Positions 47,456 to 58,402 are shown, counted from the stretch's first letter. The stretch is 64,000 nt of DNA from an uncultured virus (IMG/VR IMGVR_UViG_3300011991_000001) (IMGVR_UViG_3300011991_000001), one strand, 5' to 3'. Program-made: numbers and translations. Notes: a model not told the origin generated them from the sequence alone.

Positions 47456-50400
47456 TTAATCAAAGGTTACTATCGTCCATTGGGTTAATATCCATTCCTG
47501 TTCTTCCAGATTTTCATAGATCCCCTTACCATTATCATCCTTACCCATATACTTCTTTTTATTTCTAGGTTCTTTGGTAATAGTTTTGATCATATCGAAT
47601 TGTTGAAAAGGATTTTTATTATGTTTTCTCTTATCAGTTTTTATAACTTCAATACTTCCATCATGAACTCGATAAATTGTAGCTATTGGGGAATATTTAG
47701 TATTTAAATCAATTACTACTCCATAGTCTGTAGGTATCTTTGAGTTTGTAGTTTTTACATATCCTAATAATTCAACCTCATTTTGTACTTGATCTCTGAT
47801 ATTTAATGATTCATCAGGTGTCGCGTCCCATAATCCCAATAGAATATTATCAACGTCTAATTCAACATATGTCTTATCTGTTGACCTTGAATATTTCTCA
47901 ATCAACTCTAATGGCAACTTGGTATCAATAGCCTTTTCCTTCGAGATTTGTTTTGACCCCCCCAATAAATCAAAGTAATCATTAAATACTTGTATCTTCT
48001 TGATATTAGCGTAATCTCTGAAATAATCCAATTTGATTAGAATAGCTAATTGTCTTGAATTTACCTTAGTAGACTTGATATCTCGTAATAATTCATAAAA
48101 GGTATTATATTTTTTCTTTGATAGTTTAAGTAGAGTATGGGCCATTTCCTTATTTAAAAACTTAATGGATAGCATCTCTGGATAAATAGTCTGATTCTCT
48201 TTATCAGCTAAGAATTTAGTATTATCAAGACCAAATTTATATTCTCCTTCCTTAATTCCAAATCCTTCTACCATTTCTTTTTTGAACAATGCCACCTTAT
48301 CTTTATTCCCTTTATCTGAATAAGATTGTAGCATTACTTCATAGAACTCATAAGGATAATGAGATTTCAAATATGCACAATATGCTGAGTCAATTGCATA
48401 AGAAAGTGCATGTGAAGCATTAAAACTATAGTTAACAGAATCAGCAATAATCGTCCAAATGTTTTCACTTTTTTCTAATGCTAAGTCTTTTGAAATACTT
48501 TCTTCTAACACTAGTTTACTACTAAACCCATCTAAGAATCTCTCTTTTAAAGGCATAATGATCTCTGCTTTTTTCTTACTGATAGCTTTCAAGATACCAT
48601 AGCTCTCATCCATTGGAAATCCTGCATATCCTAGTGCTGCCATAGTCTGTTCTTGATATAACACAAATGAGAATGGCATTTCCTCAGTTTGAATTAGTTT
48701 ATCAAAACTTGGTGTATCATAATTAAATGGTTTTCTTGTCTCAAACGTATGATACATAGATTTAAATCCTGGTCTAATGGCTGCAATGAATGCGGTAAGT
48801 TCTGAAATATTTTTAGGTTTATATTTCATTGCTTTTTGTGTGGTGGATGATTTTTCTACTTGATTAATACCAATAGTTAACCCTTTAGCATACATATCCC
48901 ATGTTTTAGTATCATGTTTAATTATTGATAATAACTCATTTACTGTGTGGGGAGTAATACCAATTCTTTTATAAATTTTATCAATTAAAAGAACAACATC
49001 AACTTTAAGCAAGTCATTCTTTAAGAACTTATATTTCTCTGCTACACCCCCATCAATTACTGTTGTGACTACTTCTTTCTTCGTAGACTCACTCTTACAC
49101 TTAATTAGACCTATATCTTCCTTTATATTGCCTTGATATAACAAATATCCGCATGGATGTGCAGATTTAGAAGCGATAATGCCCATGTATTTTTCTGATC
49201 CTTTAAGGATTGCATGATGTTTTTCATCCACATAATCATAAACATTAATTAAATCTCTGTCATCATCATCTGCATATTTTAAATCTTTCTCATACTTCTC
49301 AATTTGACCAGTTATTTCATTAGCTACATCAAAAGGCATACTCTGTGATTTTGCATATAACTTAAAAGCCGATTTAATTTTGAACTTTCCATAAGCAATC
49401 ATAGGATAAGCATGACCTTCTCCAAGGATCTTATCTTGGGCCTGAACAAATATCTCTGGAGTGCCACAGTTTAAGTCTAAATCTGGTAAACTTTTAGTTT
49501 GTAATATTCTTGTTTCACTCATAAATCTCTCAGGGTATAGTTTTACAGGAGATGAAACCCTATCAACTTTACTAAAACCTAGTAATGTATTAGTAATGAA
49601 GGACACACCTGACCCACGACCACTATTTGTAATAATCCCTCCGTCTGCAATCGCTTGTTTCACAATTTCATAATCCATTAAAAAGTAATCTGCCATGCCT
49701 GTATTCCTAACAATATTAATCTCCTTTTGAATTTCTTGAAGATATGATTTATGCTTGCTCTTATCTATATCTTTACTAAATTCTTTCCATTGTTTAGTTA
49801 ATAATGTTGTATAAATTTTATTCCTTTCATCTTGAGATAGATTAGGATATAAAGATGGTAGCTTAATATCCTTATCAAATTCTATATCTTCAAAATCACA
49901 AAAAATCTTTGTATTGTTCATTGCTCTCATTATTTGTTCATCATTTAAAACACCTTGATCTACAAATCTTTGATATGCTGTATCTCCATCTGGATAGTCT
50001 AAAAACCATCCTTCCTCTCCTTCATATCTTATCCCTCTTGCCTCTAGAACGTCATCTCTGCCCTGTGCTTGCTCTGGGTATATGTAATGGCTGTCACAAC
50101 CCATAATGGTGCTTAGACCTAAATTAATTATTCTTTTATTGATATCACGTTGAATGTCTGTATCATGATATTGTAATTCTAGCATAAAATTTTTTCCAAA
50201 ATGATTATGTAATTTAAGTACAATATCCTCAATATCTTCATATTTCCAAAAAGCTAGACAAGCAGATGTCAAAAATACTTCCTTTGGTGGTAATGACAAT
50301 AATAATTCAATATCTACTCTTGGTTTATAGTAGTATCCATCAATGTTTGCTTCTGATAAAATACGATTTATAGCTTTTCTTCCAATCTCTGAACGAGCAT

Positions 50401-50668
50401 AAATACAAATATGACTATTGGTTCTATCCTTCTCAAATCTATCTTTAACCCAATATGCTTCAGCCCCAAAGATGAATTTAAGGTTATATTTTTTTGCCAT
50501 CTCATAAACCTCATAATACCTACCTTGAAACCCATGTTCACATGAAGATAAAATAGTATGACCTAATTCAACTGCTCTTTTAGCATAATCCTCAATTACC
50601 ATAGCACTATCCGCAGTGAAAATATTACTATCAGATGTGTGCTTATGGTAATTTTCAAATAATCTCAT
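47456..50668 (-). CDS. dnaE: DNA polymerase III alpha subunit (C family)
   Basis: PHP HKHT..S, DSHY, GRGS, PDLDL, HPCG, LYQEQ, FNASHA..Y. Confidence 0.95.
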   Translation of the reverse strand: MRLFENYHKHTSDSNIFTADSAMVIEDYAKRAVELGHTILSSCEHGFQGRYYEVYEMAKKYNLKFIFGAEAYWVKDRFEKDRTNSHICIYARSEIGRKAINRILSEANIDGYYYKPRVDIELLLSLPPKEVFLTSACLAFWKYEDIEDIVLKLHNHFGKNFMLELQYHDTDIQRDINKRIINLGLSTIMGCDSHYIYPEQAQGRDDVLEARGIRYEGEEGWFLDYPDGDTAYQRFVDQGVLNDEQIMRAMNNTKIFCDFEDIEFDKDIKLPSLYPNLSQDERNKIYTTLLTKQWKEFSKDIDKSKHKSYLQEIQKEINIVRNTGMADYFLMDYEIVKQAIADGGIITNSGRGSGVSFITNTLLGFSKVDRVSSPVKLYPERFMSETRILQTKSLPDLDLNCGTPEIFVQAQDKILGEGHAYPMIAYGKFKIKSAFKLYAKSQSMPFDVANEITGQIEKYEKDLKYADDDDRDLINVYDYVDEKHHAILKGSEKYMGIIASKSAHPCGYLLYQGNIKEDIGLIKCKSESTKKEVVTTVIDGGVAEKYKFLKNDLLKVDVVLLIDKIYKRIGITPHTVNELLSIIKHDTKTWDMYAKGLTIGINQVEKSSTTQKAMKYKPKNISELTAFIAAIRPGFKSMYHTFETRKPFNYDTPSFDKLIQTEEMPFSFVLYQEQTMAALGYAGFPMDESYGILKAISKKKAEIIMPLKERFLDGFSSKLVLEESISKDLALEKSENIWTIIADSVNYSFNASHALSYAIDSAYCAYLKSHYPYEFYEVMLQSYSDKGNKDKVALFKKEMVEGFGIKEGEYKFGLDNTKFLADKENQTIYPEMLSIKFLNKEMAHTLLKLSKKKYNTFYELLRDIKSTKVNSRQLAILIKLDYFRDYANIKKIQVFNDYFDLLGGSKQISKEKAIDTKLPLELIEKYSRSTDKTYVELDVDNILLGLWDATPDESLNIRDQVQNEVELLGYVKTTNSKIPTDYGVVIDLNTKYSPIATIYRVHDGSIEVIKTDKRKHNKNPFQQFDMIKTITKEPRNKKKYMGKDDNGKGIYENLEEQEWILTQWTIVTFD

Positions 50669-50682
50669 TTATTATCCTCCCC

Positions 50683-51789
50683 TTAACTAAATAAGTCTTC
50701 CCATTCATCATCTTTTTTTGTTGTGCCTAATTTTAACTTCTCATAGTATTCATGCAAATACTTACAGGTTTTCCGATGTCCGCACAAGTAAGAGCAGAAA
50801 AAGCTATCACCATCAATATTCATAGGTTTCCAGTCTGCTTCATTTGTAGAATCTTTACTAAGAATTTTCTCATGTGTATCCTTTACAAAATCCATAAACT
50901 CTTTTTTTGTCTCTTCACTAAATTCATACTCTAAAATACAATCTTCCAACCAATACTTATCTTGAATCTCCTTTGGTAAGTTTAATAAATTATTTTTCTT
51001 TACTGACTCTGTAAGTAGTAGATCAATTTCAAATTCCTTAATACCTAATCCTTCTAATTCCCTCTTTAGCATACTCTTAGTGGTTTTATATGTATTAGTC
51101 CCTTTTACTTTAGCCTGTTTATCAGTTCCTATTTCTTTAACCCATTTACCCCTATTAACCATCTTTTTATGGATCGTTCCATTCTTCATTTCCCAACAGA
51201 TGTTTAAGTATTTGAGCATATGCCATGCAATCTTATCAACTATATATTTGTCTTGTTTTGCAATTCCATATAGTACCAACTGTCTCCCTGCTCCAACTAA
51301 CTTCTTTTTGTCAAACTTACTACTTGTTTTAAAATCTATGATATCAATATGATTATCTTCATGTTTCTCAACCATATCAATATATCCTTGGATAAAAACT
51401 CCTGGCATTATTTCAAATATAAATCCTTCCTCAGTAACAAATTCCCCCTTCTCTGCTTTAAAATTCTTACTAAAATGTTTCATATCAGCTACCCAAGAAT
51501 TCCTGATTTTATCATTCATGAAGGTAACACCTAGCATATCTAGTTCTGAAAGGGTAGTTTTTAATGATTTAGTTAGGTTGACCTCTTTACCATTATATAT
51601 CATTTCTAGGTCGTTGTGTATATTACTTCCACAAATACTATAAATATTATCTATTCCTCTGTTTTTCAACACATATGTATTATAAAACCCATATTCGCAT
51701 TGCTTAAATGTATTTAATTTACTGAAACTATAAACTATATTACCATCTTCTACTAACTTTTTTACTATTGGTTCTAGTTCTCTAGCCAA
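50683..51789 (-). CDS. PD-(D/E)XK RecB-like exonuclease
   Basis: YSFSKLNTFKQC, GYID, IIDFKTS, QLVLY, C-terminal C...C....C; own SD plus TTG at 51789, in frame with primase. Confidence 0.8.
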   Translation of the reverse strand: MARELEPIVKKLVEDGNIVYSFSKLNTFKQCEYGFYNTYVLKNRGIDNIYSICGSNIHNDLEMIYNGKEVNLTKSLKTTLSELDMLGVTFMNDKIRNSWVADMKHFSKNFKAEKGEFVTEEGFIFEIMPGVFIQGYIDMVEKHEDNHIDIIDFKTSSKFDKKKLVGAGRQLVLYGIAKQDKYIVDKIAWHMLKYLNICWEMKNGTIHKKMVNRGKWVKEIGTDKQAKVKGTNTYKTTKSMLKRELEGLGIKEFEIDLLLTESVKKNNLLNLPKEIQDKYWLEDCILEYEFSEETKKEFMDFVKDTHEKILSKDSTNEADWKPMNIDGDSFFCSYLCGHRKTCKYLHEYYEKLKLGTTKKDDEWEDLFS

Positions 51790-52788
51790 ATTACATTCTC
51801 CTTTACCTAATTGAGATATTTTTTTATTATTTTTCAGGTCAAATAATGACATTTTAGAGTCTTTAGGTAAACATGAAGGATTAAAATATCCAATATCATA
51901 TTTTATGAAACTATTTTTAAACTTTTTACATTCAGTAATTATTTCACATTCCTCAATTCCTTCATCCCATGCAACAATAATTTTTTTTGGCATTAGTGAT
52001 TTGATCAATTGCACTTGTATAGAAGATATACTGTGACTACCTACAGAAACTACATTATTAATATTTAAACTTTTAGCAATCAGGCAACTCTTCTCGGCCT
52101 CGCAAATCCATACTGTTTGATTTACTATGTGTTCATAATTCTGACTGAATCCATATACACTATGTGACTTAGGAAATGGAATTACTGCTAAATATTTTGG
52201 TACTTCATTACTGATATTATCCTCGTTCAGCCTTCCAATAACTCCAATTAGTTTTCCTTCTGCGCTCCTCCAAGGTATTGTAATTCTTGATGTTTCTAAA
52301 TCAAATCCTATATCGAATTGTTTTTGGACATCAAAGGTAATGCCATCATCGAAAAATCTCATGTTAGGTTTATCCGCAAACTCCTTTAGGATATCTTCTG
52401 GATGAGTAACTATTTCTACGTCATTTATTGAATAATTATTAAGAATTTTTTTGTAGAATGCACCGAAAGGAAGATGAACTTTTTTATGAGGTATCAAATC
52501 TAAATTGAAATAATCGCTTATGTAATCAAGTGTGTATCTGAAGCTCAGTCCTCTATAAGATTGCAATAAAGATATGACATTTCCTCTAGTATTGGTACTG
52601 AAACACACATACCCCAGTGTCTCAGTATTAATTTTTATAGAAGTTGGGTTTCTTCCTATCTCTCTAGAACATCTAATCTCCTTTTTTGTTCTAATATAAT
52701 TGATATTTTCAAACCCAGAATCAGTTAATAGATCAATAATGTGCTCTTTATCCTCTTTTAGAAAGTCTTGAAGTGAAATTAAGTCCAT
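50683..52788 (-). CDS. DNA primase (Toprim), read in frame into downstream nuclease
   Basis: RITIPWR..G..IG..GR, KY, CEAEKS, IIVAWD in first ~330 aa. Confidence 0.8.
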   Translation of the reverse strand: MDLISLQDFLKEDKEHIIDLLTDSGFENINYIRTKKEIRCSREIGRNPTSIKINTETLGYVCFSTNTRGNVISLLQSYRGLSFRYTLDYISDYFNLDLIPHKKVHLPFGAFYKKILNNYSINDVEIVTHPEDILKEFADKPNMRFFDDGITFDVQKQFDIGFDLETSRITIPWRSAEGKLIGVIGRLNEDNISNEVPKYLAVIPFPKSHSVYGFSQNYEHIVNQTVWICEAEKSCLIAKSLNINNVVSVGSHSISSIQVQLIKSLMPKKIIVAWDEGIEECEIITECKKFKNSFIKYDIGYFNPSCLPKDSKMSLFDLKNNKKISQLGKGECNLARELEPIVKKLVEDGNIVYSFSKLNTFKQCEYGFYNTYVLKNRGIDNIYSICGSNIHNDLEMIYNGKEVNLTKSLKTTLSELDMLGVTFMNDKIRNSWVADMKHFSKNFKAEKGEFVTEEGFIFEIMPGVFIQGYIDMVEKHEDNHIDIIDFKTSSKFDKKKLVGAGRQLVLYGIAKQDKYIVDKIAWHMLKYLNICWEMKNGTIHKKMVNRGKWVKEIGTDKQAKVKGTNTYKTTKSMLKRELEGLGIKEFEIDLLLTESVKKNNLLNLPKEIQDKYWLEDCILEYEFSEETKKEFMDFVKDTHEKILSKDSTNEADWKPMNIDGDSFFCSYLCGHRKTCKYLHEYYEKLKLGTTKKDDEWEDLFS

Positions 52789-52794
52789 ATGTAA

Positions 52795-54267
52795 TTAACT
52801 CCTATCGTGAAATGGAGAACAGTAACCAATCTCCTTCCACAAATTATAGCGACCATTAAATTCATAAAGTATTGTTTGTGCATCCTCATCATTACGTGTT
52901 TTATCTAGAAACAAGATTAAGTATTTCTTATCTGGACTCATAGTATAAGTTTCTTTTATTTTAGTGTATTTACCTTGTGTATCTTTCTTTAAATTATAAG
53001 GTTTAATATCATATTTCTGCCCTTCCATTTCATCTTCCCATACTTGCCTCATATATACCATTTCAGAAAATACTTCTTTAATTTGTTTAGCATTACTTAA
53101 ACATGTTGCGTCCAAGTATCTTTTATTGAGACTATGTAGTGCTAATTGATATGTAGGTATAATACAAACATTTTCTTTACTTGCTAACTGAAACAATTGC
53201 TTTGAATCTTCAACAATGGTTTTCCATGACTCACCTTCATTTAAATCAGCACTTTTAAATGTATCATAGAGAAAAACTTGATAGCCTTGTTTTGAAAGTT
53301 TCTTAACAATCTTCTTGACCTTAACTACACTATATTCATATAGTTTAACGAACTTGATGCTTGAATATTTTTCTTTGATTACAGCTTTTGCTTCATATAT
53401 TTTCGCAAGTTGTTCAGGAGTGAAGTTACCTATCTTTAATTTTTTACGAGTTAAATCCCAATAATTTAAATCCATTGCTAATACACTTGATAATAAAATA
53501 TTCTTAAAGTCTTTAGATTTTTGTTCATTGGAAATGATACAACATTTAACACCATTCGATGCAACTGGCATTATCATATTTGCAAATACAAAACTACTCT
53601 TTCCTACACCACTATGGCCTCCAAACAGATACATATCGCTTAATGGAAGTCCTAATGTTAAGTAGTTGAGTATGTGACATACCTTTCCGTAATCAATACC
53701 CTTAGACTCTCCTACATTACATTCTTCAATGAATTTATCATCAATTTCAAGAGTTTCTATTTGTATGGTATTTCCTGTATTAATATTGATATTATTCAAT
53801 AAGTAGTCATAATACATGTAAACTTCTTCGCTCGTCATTTTCTTGAACTTATCCATGTTTGATTCAACATTGAATCCTTTATCATGTAACCTTAAAAGCA
53901 TATTATTCTTTATTAGCTCATCATGATAGGTTTCTATGTTCTCAATATTTATGAGACTCTTCATTTCTTCAATTGGTTTATAGCTACCTCTAGACTCAAA
54001 CCCATCTTTTAATACCTGATTGCTATCCAAGAATGTAGATATGCTCAAATTATCAAAGTTTTGGTATCCTAGTTTAGACATTTGTAAACCAACGCTGTAG
54101 TAAAAAATACCATCTGAAGTTCTAATATCCCCATCTTCATTGTCTAATTTAATATCCTTAGAATAGTCTCCATATAAGGATGGGTCTTTATATAATGAAA
54201 AAATAAAAGATGCTTCAATAATTCCTCTGTTCTTGATTAAACCCTCTGGGTACGTTTCTAATTTCAT
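52795..54267 (-). CDS. DnaB-like replicative helicase
   Basis: GGHSGVGKS, ISNEQ, YDTFK, TYQL, DKTR motifs. Confidence 0.88.
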   Translation of the reverse strand: MKLETYPEGLIKNRGIIEASFIFSLYKDPSLYGDYSKDIKLDNEDGDIRTSDGIFYYSVGLQMSKLGYQNFDNLSISTFLDSNQVLKDGFESRGSYKPIEEMKSLINIENIETYHDELIKNNMLLRLHDKGFNVESNMDKFKKMTSEEVYMYYDYLLNNININTGNTIQIETLEIDDKFIEECNVGESKGIDYGKVCHILNYLTLGLPLSDMYLFGGHSGVGKSSFVFANMIMPVASNGVKCCIISNEQKSKDFKNILLSSVLAMDLNYWDLTRKKLKIGNFTPEQLAKIYEAKAVIKEKYSSIKFVKLYEYSVVKVKKIVKKLSKQGYQVFLYDTFKSADLNEGESWKTIVEDSKQLFQLASKENVCIIPTYQLALHSLNKRYLDATCLSNAKQIKEVFSEMVYMRQVWEDEMEGQKYDIKPYNLKKDTQGKYTKIKETYTMSPDKKYLILFLDKTRNDEDAQTILYEFNGRYNLWKEIGYCSPFHDRS

Positions 54268-54764
54268 AGATCCTCACTTTCTAAAAACCTTGTGATATCT
54301 CCATGTTTAATGGGTATATGATTTACTCTGTTTAAATCATTAATATCAATATCAAAATTCTTCATTATTTCTTTTGCAGGTTTGCAATCATTGATTACAC
54401 TTTCAATAATTTTCATAATATAACTGATTTTTTGTTGCTCTTTAGCACTGGATAGCTTATTTTGTAGCGCATAATTAATCTTCTCGGTTTGCATTTTAAA
54501 AGCTGAATAAATTATTTCATATGTAAAATGTTGGTTTAATTCTGTAAGCCTCTTGCTCAAGTATGGCGAATATTCATATCCAAGAATTGATAGAACATAA
54601 GTTAATGTTTTCTGTTTATGTTCCTTATCTAGTTTATCTTTTTCATATATTTCTCGTGATTTATAGTATTTATTTTTACCTTTTTCAGTGACACAATAGA
54701 AAATATCAGTAGTACCTTGTTCTTTAGTGATTGGGCATACACAACTTCTTGCCATTTCCATCAT
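54264..54764 (-). CDS. hypothetical replication protein (helicase-associated)
   Basis: Overlaps helicase start; KISYIMKIIES.IND and DITRFL motifs. Confidence 0.6.
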   Translation of the reverse strand: MMEMARSCVCPITKEQGTTDIFYCVTEKGKNKYYKSREIYEKDKLDKEHKQKTLTYVLSILGYEYSPYLSKRLTELNQHFTYEIIYSAFKMQTEKINYALQNKLSSAKEQQKISYIMKIIESVINDCKPAKEIMKNFDIDINDLNRVNHIPIKHGDITRFLESEDL

Positions 54765-54817
54765 CCTTTATGGAGTAATAAGGGATAGGATATCAACCTA
54801 TCCCCTTTTATATGTAA

Positions 54818-55915
54818 TTAACTAAGTGCTTCTACAATCTTTTTCAATCCTTCAGCCGATAGTTCTTCTGGAGATTTAAAGTTAGCAATGTCATATTTAG
54901 ACATGATCCCTCGGATGATTTCTTTTACTTCATCCTTTGCTTTTGGAAATTTTGCTTGAATAATAGTAATAAAACCTGCAACATCATCTTGTGCTAGTTC
55001 TTGCTGAATTTCTGCTTGTTCTTTCTTCCATGCAACATCTGCTGCACTAGCAATTTCTTTGACTTCAACTTTCTTTTTCTTTTCAATCTCTTTATCAGAA
55101 ACAGGAACTAACATTGAATTCTTAACACCTGTTTCAAATGCCAACATGAAGTTTTCTGCTGATAGTTCAAGTTTCTCAGGTAATCCTACGAACCTTCCTC
55201 CAGCATCAACTACAGATGTATTCCTAAAATACATCATTCTCTTTTCACTAACTTGTTTACCTTCAACAATTTCGCGCTCCATAGTAATATTAACTAACAT
55301 TTGTGATTTATCTGCAATGCTTCCGAAAAAGTCTGCACGTAAATTATTTGTAAGTTGTTCATAATCTTCACCAGTCATTACATCTTTAACAGTTTTTAAT
55401 TTTGTATGACAAAGAATAAAAACAGCATATCCAGCATTTCTAAGTCGTGCAATCTGCCCATTTACACCCTCAAGCAGTCTATCCCTTCCTCTTTGGAAAC
55501 CACCGAATGCGTCATTTAGAGACTTACATACAGTTCCTTTTTCTCGTTTATGTTGTCTAAGGACTTCGTTTGTTCCGATTTCGATCATTTCATCTAAGGT
55601 ATCTAAACAAACTGCCTTAACACCATTACTTTTTTTATTTTCAACAAGATCATCTACAGCTTCAACGAAACCCCTAGCTCCATTTTCATCCTCATCTGAA
55701 CTCCAATTAACAACACGTTCATATTGTAAATCATCTAAACTATGATAGCCTTCTTCATTACCGAAAGAAATTAATACCCCTGCATCAAGCGTCTTATAGT
55801 GAGTTAACAATAGTTTATAAAACAAGCTCGTTTTACCAATTTTTCTTTGACCCATAATGATATATGGAGGGTAAGAACCTAAATCTACTTTTACTGTATT
55901 GCGTTTAAATGCCAT
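54818..55915 (-). CDS. AAA_24-family ATPase (Sak4-like recombination protein)
   Basis: GQRKIGKTS, E.GY, VCLDT.D, LCH motifs. Confidence 0.8.
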   Translation of the reverse strand: MAFKRNTVKVDLGSYPPYIIMGQRKIGKTSLFYKLLLTHYKTLDAGVLISFGNEEGYHSLDDLQYERVVNWSSDEDENGARGFVEAVDDLVENKKSNGVKAVCLDTLDEMIEIGTNEVLRQHKREKGTVCKSLNDAFGGFQRGRDRLLEGVNGQIARLRNAGYAVFILCHTKLKTVKDVMTGEDYEQLTNNLRADFFGSIADKSQMLVNITMEREIVEGKQVSEKRMMYFRNTSVVDAGGRFVGLPEKLELSAENFMLAFETGVKNSMLVPVSDKEIEKKKKVEVKEIASAADVAWKKEQAEIQQELAQDDVAGFITIIQAKFPKAKDEVKEIIRGIMSKYDIANFKSPEELSAEGLKKIVEALS

Positions 55916-55988
55916 TAAATAAAACACTCCTCAAATATTATATATTTTTTGGAGAGGGAAATGATCTCCCTCTCATATCTCCGTTGTG

Positions 55989-57092
55989 TTACGAGAATAG
56001 GTCGTCATCTTCATCTTCTACAATTGAATCAATATCAAATTTCGGTTCAGGTTCAACCTTTTTATCTTCTTTAGGTTCTTTAAATTTCTCAGTTTTTTCA
56101 ACAGGTTTAAAAATGTCTTCCTCAAACTCTTCAATCTTGAGTTCTGTATCCATAACTCCTTCAGAAAAAGCCCCAGTTAAAAGTGGTTTAATTAGACGAT
56201 ATTCAAAGATATTTCCACCAAGAGCATTTGATCTAGGTTTAAAACTTTCTGCTGTTGAAAGCCCAAATGCTACTGCTTCCCTTTGATCTTTAGTGAGCAT
56301 TGATTCATCCCATTCAACTTCATCTGCTCCCCTAAAGATAGACATCTGCCAAGGCATATGTACATAAGTCTTACCTTTTACTGTGATATACTTTTTCAAG
56401 AAATCAAATTTTGCAATATGTTTCTCATTTTCAAAGTCTAATTTCTTAGCACTAAGGATAAATTGTTGTGGCATGAATTTAGTCTTAATATCTTTATCAA
56501 TATATTGTGAAACATACCCTGTAAGGCGAAGAACTTTCTCCTCTTTAAAATCACTACTATCAAGTGAATCCTTAGAATAGAAAATATCCATACTTACTGA
56601 AAGTTTATTCTTCTCATCTTCCTTTGCAAATCGGATTGTTTGGATAATATATTTATCATTATAATTACCTTTGTAATATTCCTTCTTGACACTACCTATG
56701 ACTACTACTCTTTCAGTAATTGTTGGGAGCACTTTGCTAAGATGTTCAATCATGTCATATTCTGCAAGAAATTCTTTTGATTCTCCAAGATCAGCTTTGA
56801 ACTTCTTAAAATCAGCAACCATTTTTAATGTTTCCGTATCTTCACGATCTTTCCAAGGGATTTCAATTTTACTATTATCTAAATCCATTGAGAAGATTCT
56901 ACCTTTACCATCTGCTTGGTATCCACCGAATAGTTCTACGAAAACTCCATTATGATCTGATTCTTTCACCATAAAATTAACTCTTGAAGATACCCATGTT
57001 TCCTTTTTATTCAAGAATGTATTATGAAATTTCTCTTTATCCTTTGCAATTCCTAAAGCCCCAATGAATACAAATTTACTATAAAACGCCAT
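55989..57092 (-). CDS. putative single-stranded DNA-binding protein
   Basis: Beta-rich, acidic C-terminus EDEDDDLFS, first gene of replication operon. Confidence 0.65.
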   Translation of the reverse strand: MAFYSKFVFIGALGIAKDKEKFHNTFLNKKETWVSSRVNFMVKESDHNGVFVELFGGYQADGKGRIFSMDLDNSKIEIPWKDREDTETLKMVADFKKFKADLGESKEFLAEYDMIEHLSKVLPTITERVVVIGSVKKEYYKGNYNDKYIIQTIRFAKEDEKNKLSVSMDIFYSKDSLDSSDFKEEKVLRLTGYVSQYIDKDIKTKFMPQQFILSAKKLDFENEKHIAKFDFLKKYITVKGKTYVHMPWQMSIFRGADEVEWDESMLTKDQREAVAFGLSTAESFKPRSNALGGNIFEYRLIKPLLTGAFSEGVMDTELKIEEFEEDIFKPVEKTEKFKEPKEDKKVEPEPKFDIDSIVEDEDDDLFS

Positions 57093-57253
57093 ATGTATTA
57101 ATTCCTTCTTTCAATATTTTATTTATTATTTAGTGTAGGATAAAAATATTGAGGTGGAGAATTTGAACGTTTAACTGGAACCCAACAGTTACCGCGATTC
57201 TTCATAAGCAACATCCTTTCTATAAGATATTTAACTCTCAACCTCGTATACTA

Positions 57254-57282
57254 AGTATATCACACCTCAACTATAAATGCAA
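57254..57282 (-). promoter_or_regulatory. sigmaA promoter of replication operon
   Basis: TTGCAT-N17-TATACT with extended TG. Confidence 0.65.
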
Positions 57283-57308
57283 ATCTAATTATATATATGT
57301 AGTAAACT

Positions 57309-57533
57309 CTAGTAACTAATCAATACAGCCTTAATTTTACTAGTTTCGCAATCCTCAATATCATTCCAGTCTATATCTTCTCCATCGAACGGTAACTCAC
57401 TATCCTCAAAATCTTCATCTGTAGCATAAACACTAAATGATTGCTCTGGTCTTTGTCCGTGATCAGCCTCTGTATAAATAACTGCTGCATCTGGAATATC
57501 TGATAATATTTGTTTGAGTTCTAAAACATTCAT
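57309..57533 (-). CDS. hypothetical protein
   Basis: MNV.ELK..L...P..A.I motif, SD present. Confidence 0.6.
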   Translation of the reverse strand: MNVLELKQILSDIPDAAVIYTEADHGQRPEQSFSVYATDEDFEDSELPFDGEDIDWNDIEDCETSKIKAVLISY

Positions 57534-57548
57534 TATGTATTCCTCCTA

Positions 57549-57749
57549 TTATTTAATACTAGTATATAACTTATCTTCTAAATCCTGAATCCTTTGGAAC
57601 AGACACAAAACCAAATTATCTCCTGTAAGACTTCTCCATTTTTCACCATATCGTAGAGCATAAAATTCAGTAGAGTAACCAGATTGATCAAAAACAACTT
57701 CATATTTCCCACCATCTAGGAATATTGACTCGCTTTTAATTTCTGTCAT
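57549..57749 (-). CDS. hypothetical phage protein
   Basis: GKY......ALRYGE.WR.L.GDNL motif. Confidence 0.65.
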   Translation of the reverse strand: MTEIKSESIFLDGGKYEVVFDQSGYSTEFYALRYGEKWRSLTGDNLVLCLFQRIQDLEDKLYTSIK

Positions 57750-57781
57750 TTATCTATCTCCTTTCCATTAAAACTTCTTTT

Positions 57782-57997
57782 TTATACTAAACTAACTTCC
57801 AATATTCGTAATAAGTCACTATATAACTCATTACTTTCTGCAACTTTCATAGGGTATTTACAATATTCATTTTTAGCTATCTCAGATATTTTTGCAAAAT
57901 GTATATCGCCAACAGCAACCATTATTGTATTTAATTCACTTTTTGTAAATTCAATAGTATACATTGTTTCAATATTTTCCTCTTTAATAAGTTTCAT
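57782..57997 (-). CDS. hypothetical protein
   Basis: 71 aa, similar to 58837..59013. Confidence 0.6.
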   Translation of the reverse strand: MKLIKEENIETMYTIEFTKSELNTIMVAVGDIHFAKISEIAKNEYCKYPMKVAESNELYSDLLRILEVSLV

Positions 57998-58030
57998 ATT
58001 ATATTCTCCCTCCCGAATAAAATCTTAAAT

Positions 58031-58402
58031 TTATTCCCAAATATATTCTTTAACATGATTTAGCGTTTTAAGATAACTCCTCACAAATAATCTCATTTTA
58101 CAATATTCAATAGGATTTTTCATAATCATTCCGATACCATCAAACTCAATAATATAAGCATGTAATTGTGAATCAGTTTCACTGTCAAACAAACTTGTTT
58201 TAAATATATTATCTTGCTTCCAATTACGTCTACAAAACTCTTCCATAAAAATTTTGTAACTTGCTCTCCCATATTTTTTACGGCTCTTAGTCATGCTAAT
58301 GTGTGACCCATAATCAAAAAGTATGAAAGCGATTCCCATGATAACTCCAGTAATAATTAATGACATGATAGATGACAAAAGCCATATTAAACTTATACTC
58401 AT
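58031..58402 (-). CDS. hypothetical membrane protein
   Basis: N-terminal hydrophobic helix. Confidence 0.6.
   Translation of the reverse strand: MSISLIWLLSSIMSLIITGVIMGIAFILFDYGSHISMTKSRKKYGRASYKIFMEEFCRRNWKQDNIFKTSLFDSETDSQLHAYIIEFDGIGMIMKNPIEYCKMRLFVRSYLKTLNHVKEYIWE

Noticed and set aside
50683..51789. Cas4 / CRISPR adaptation gene
   Set aside because: RecB-like PD-(D/E)XK nuclease embedded in the phage replisome operon, with no cas1/cas2 or array.
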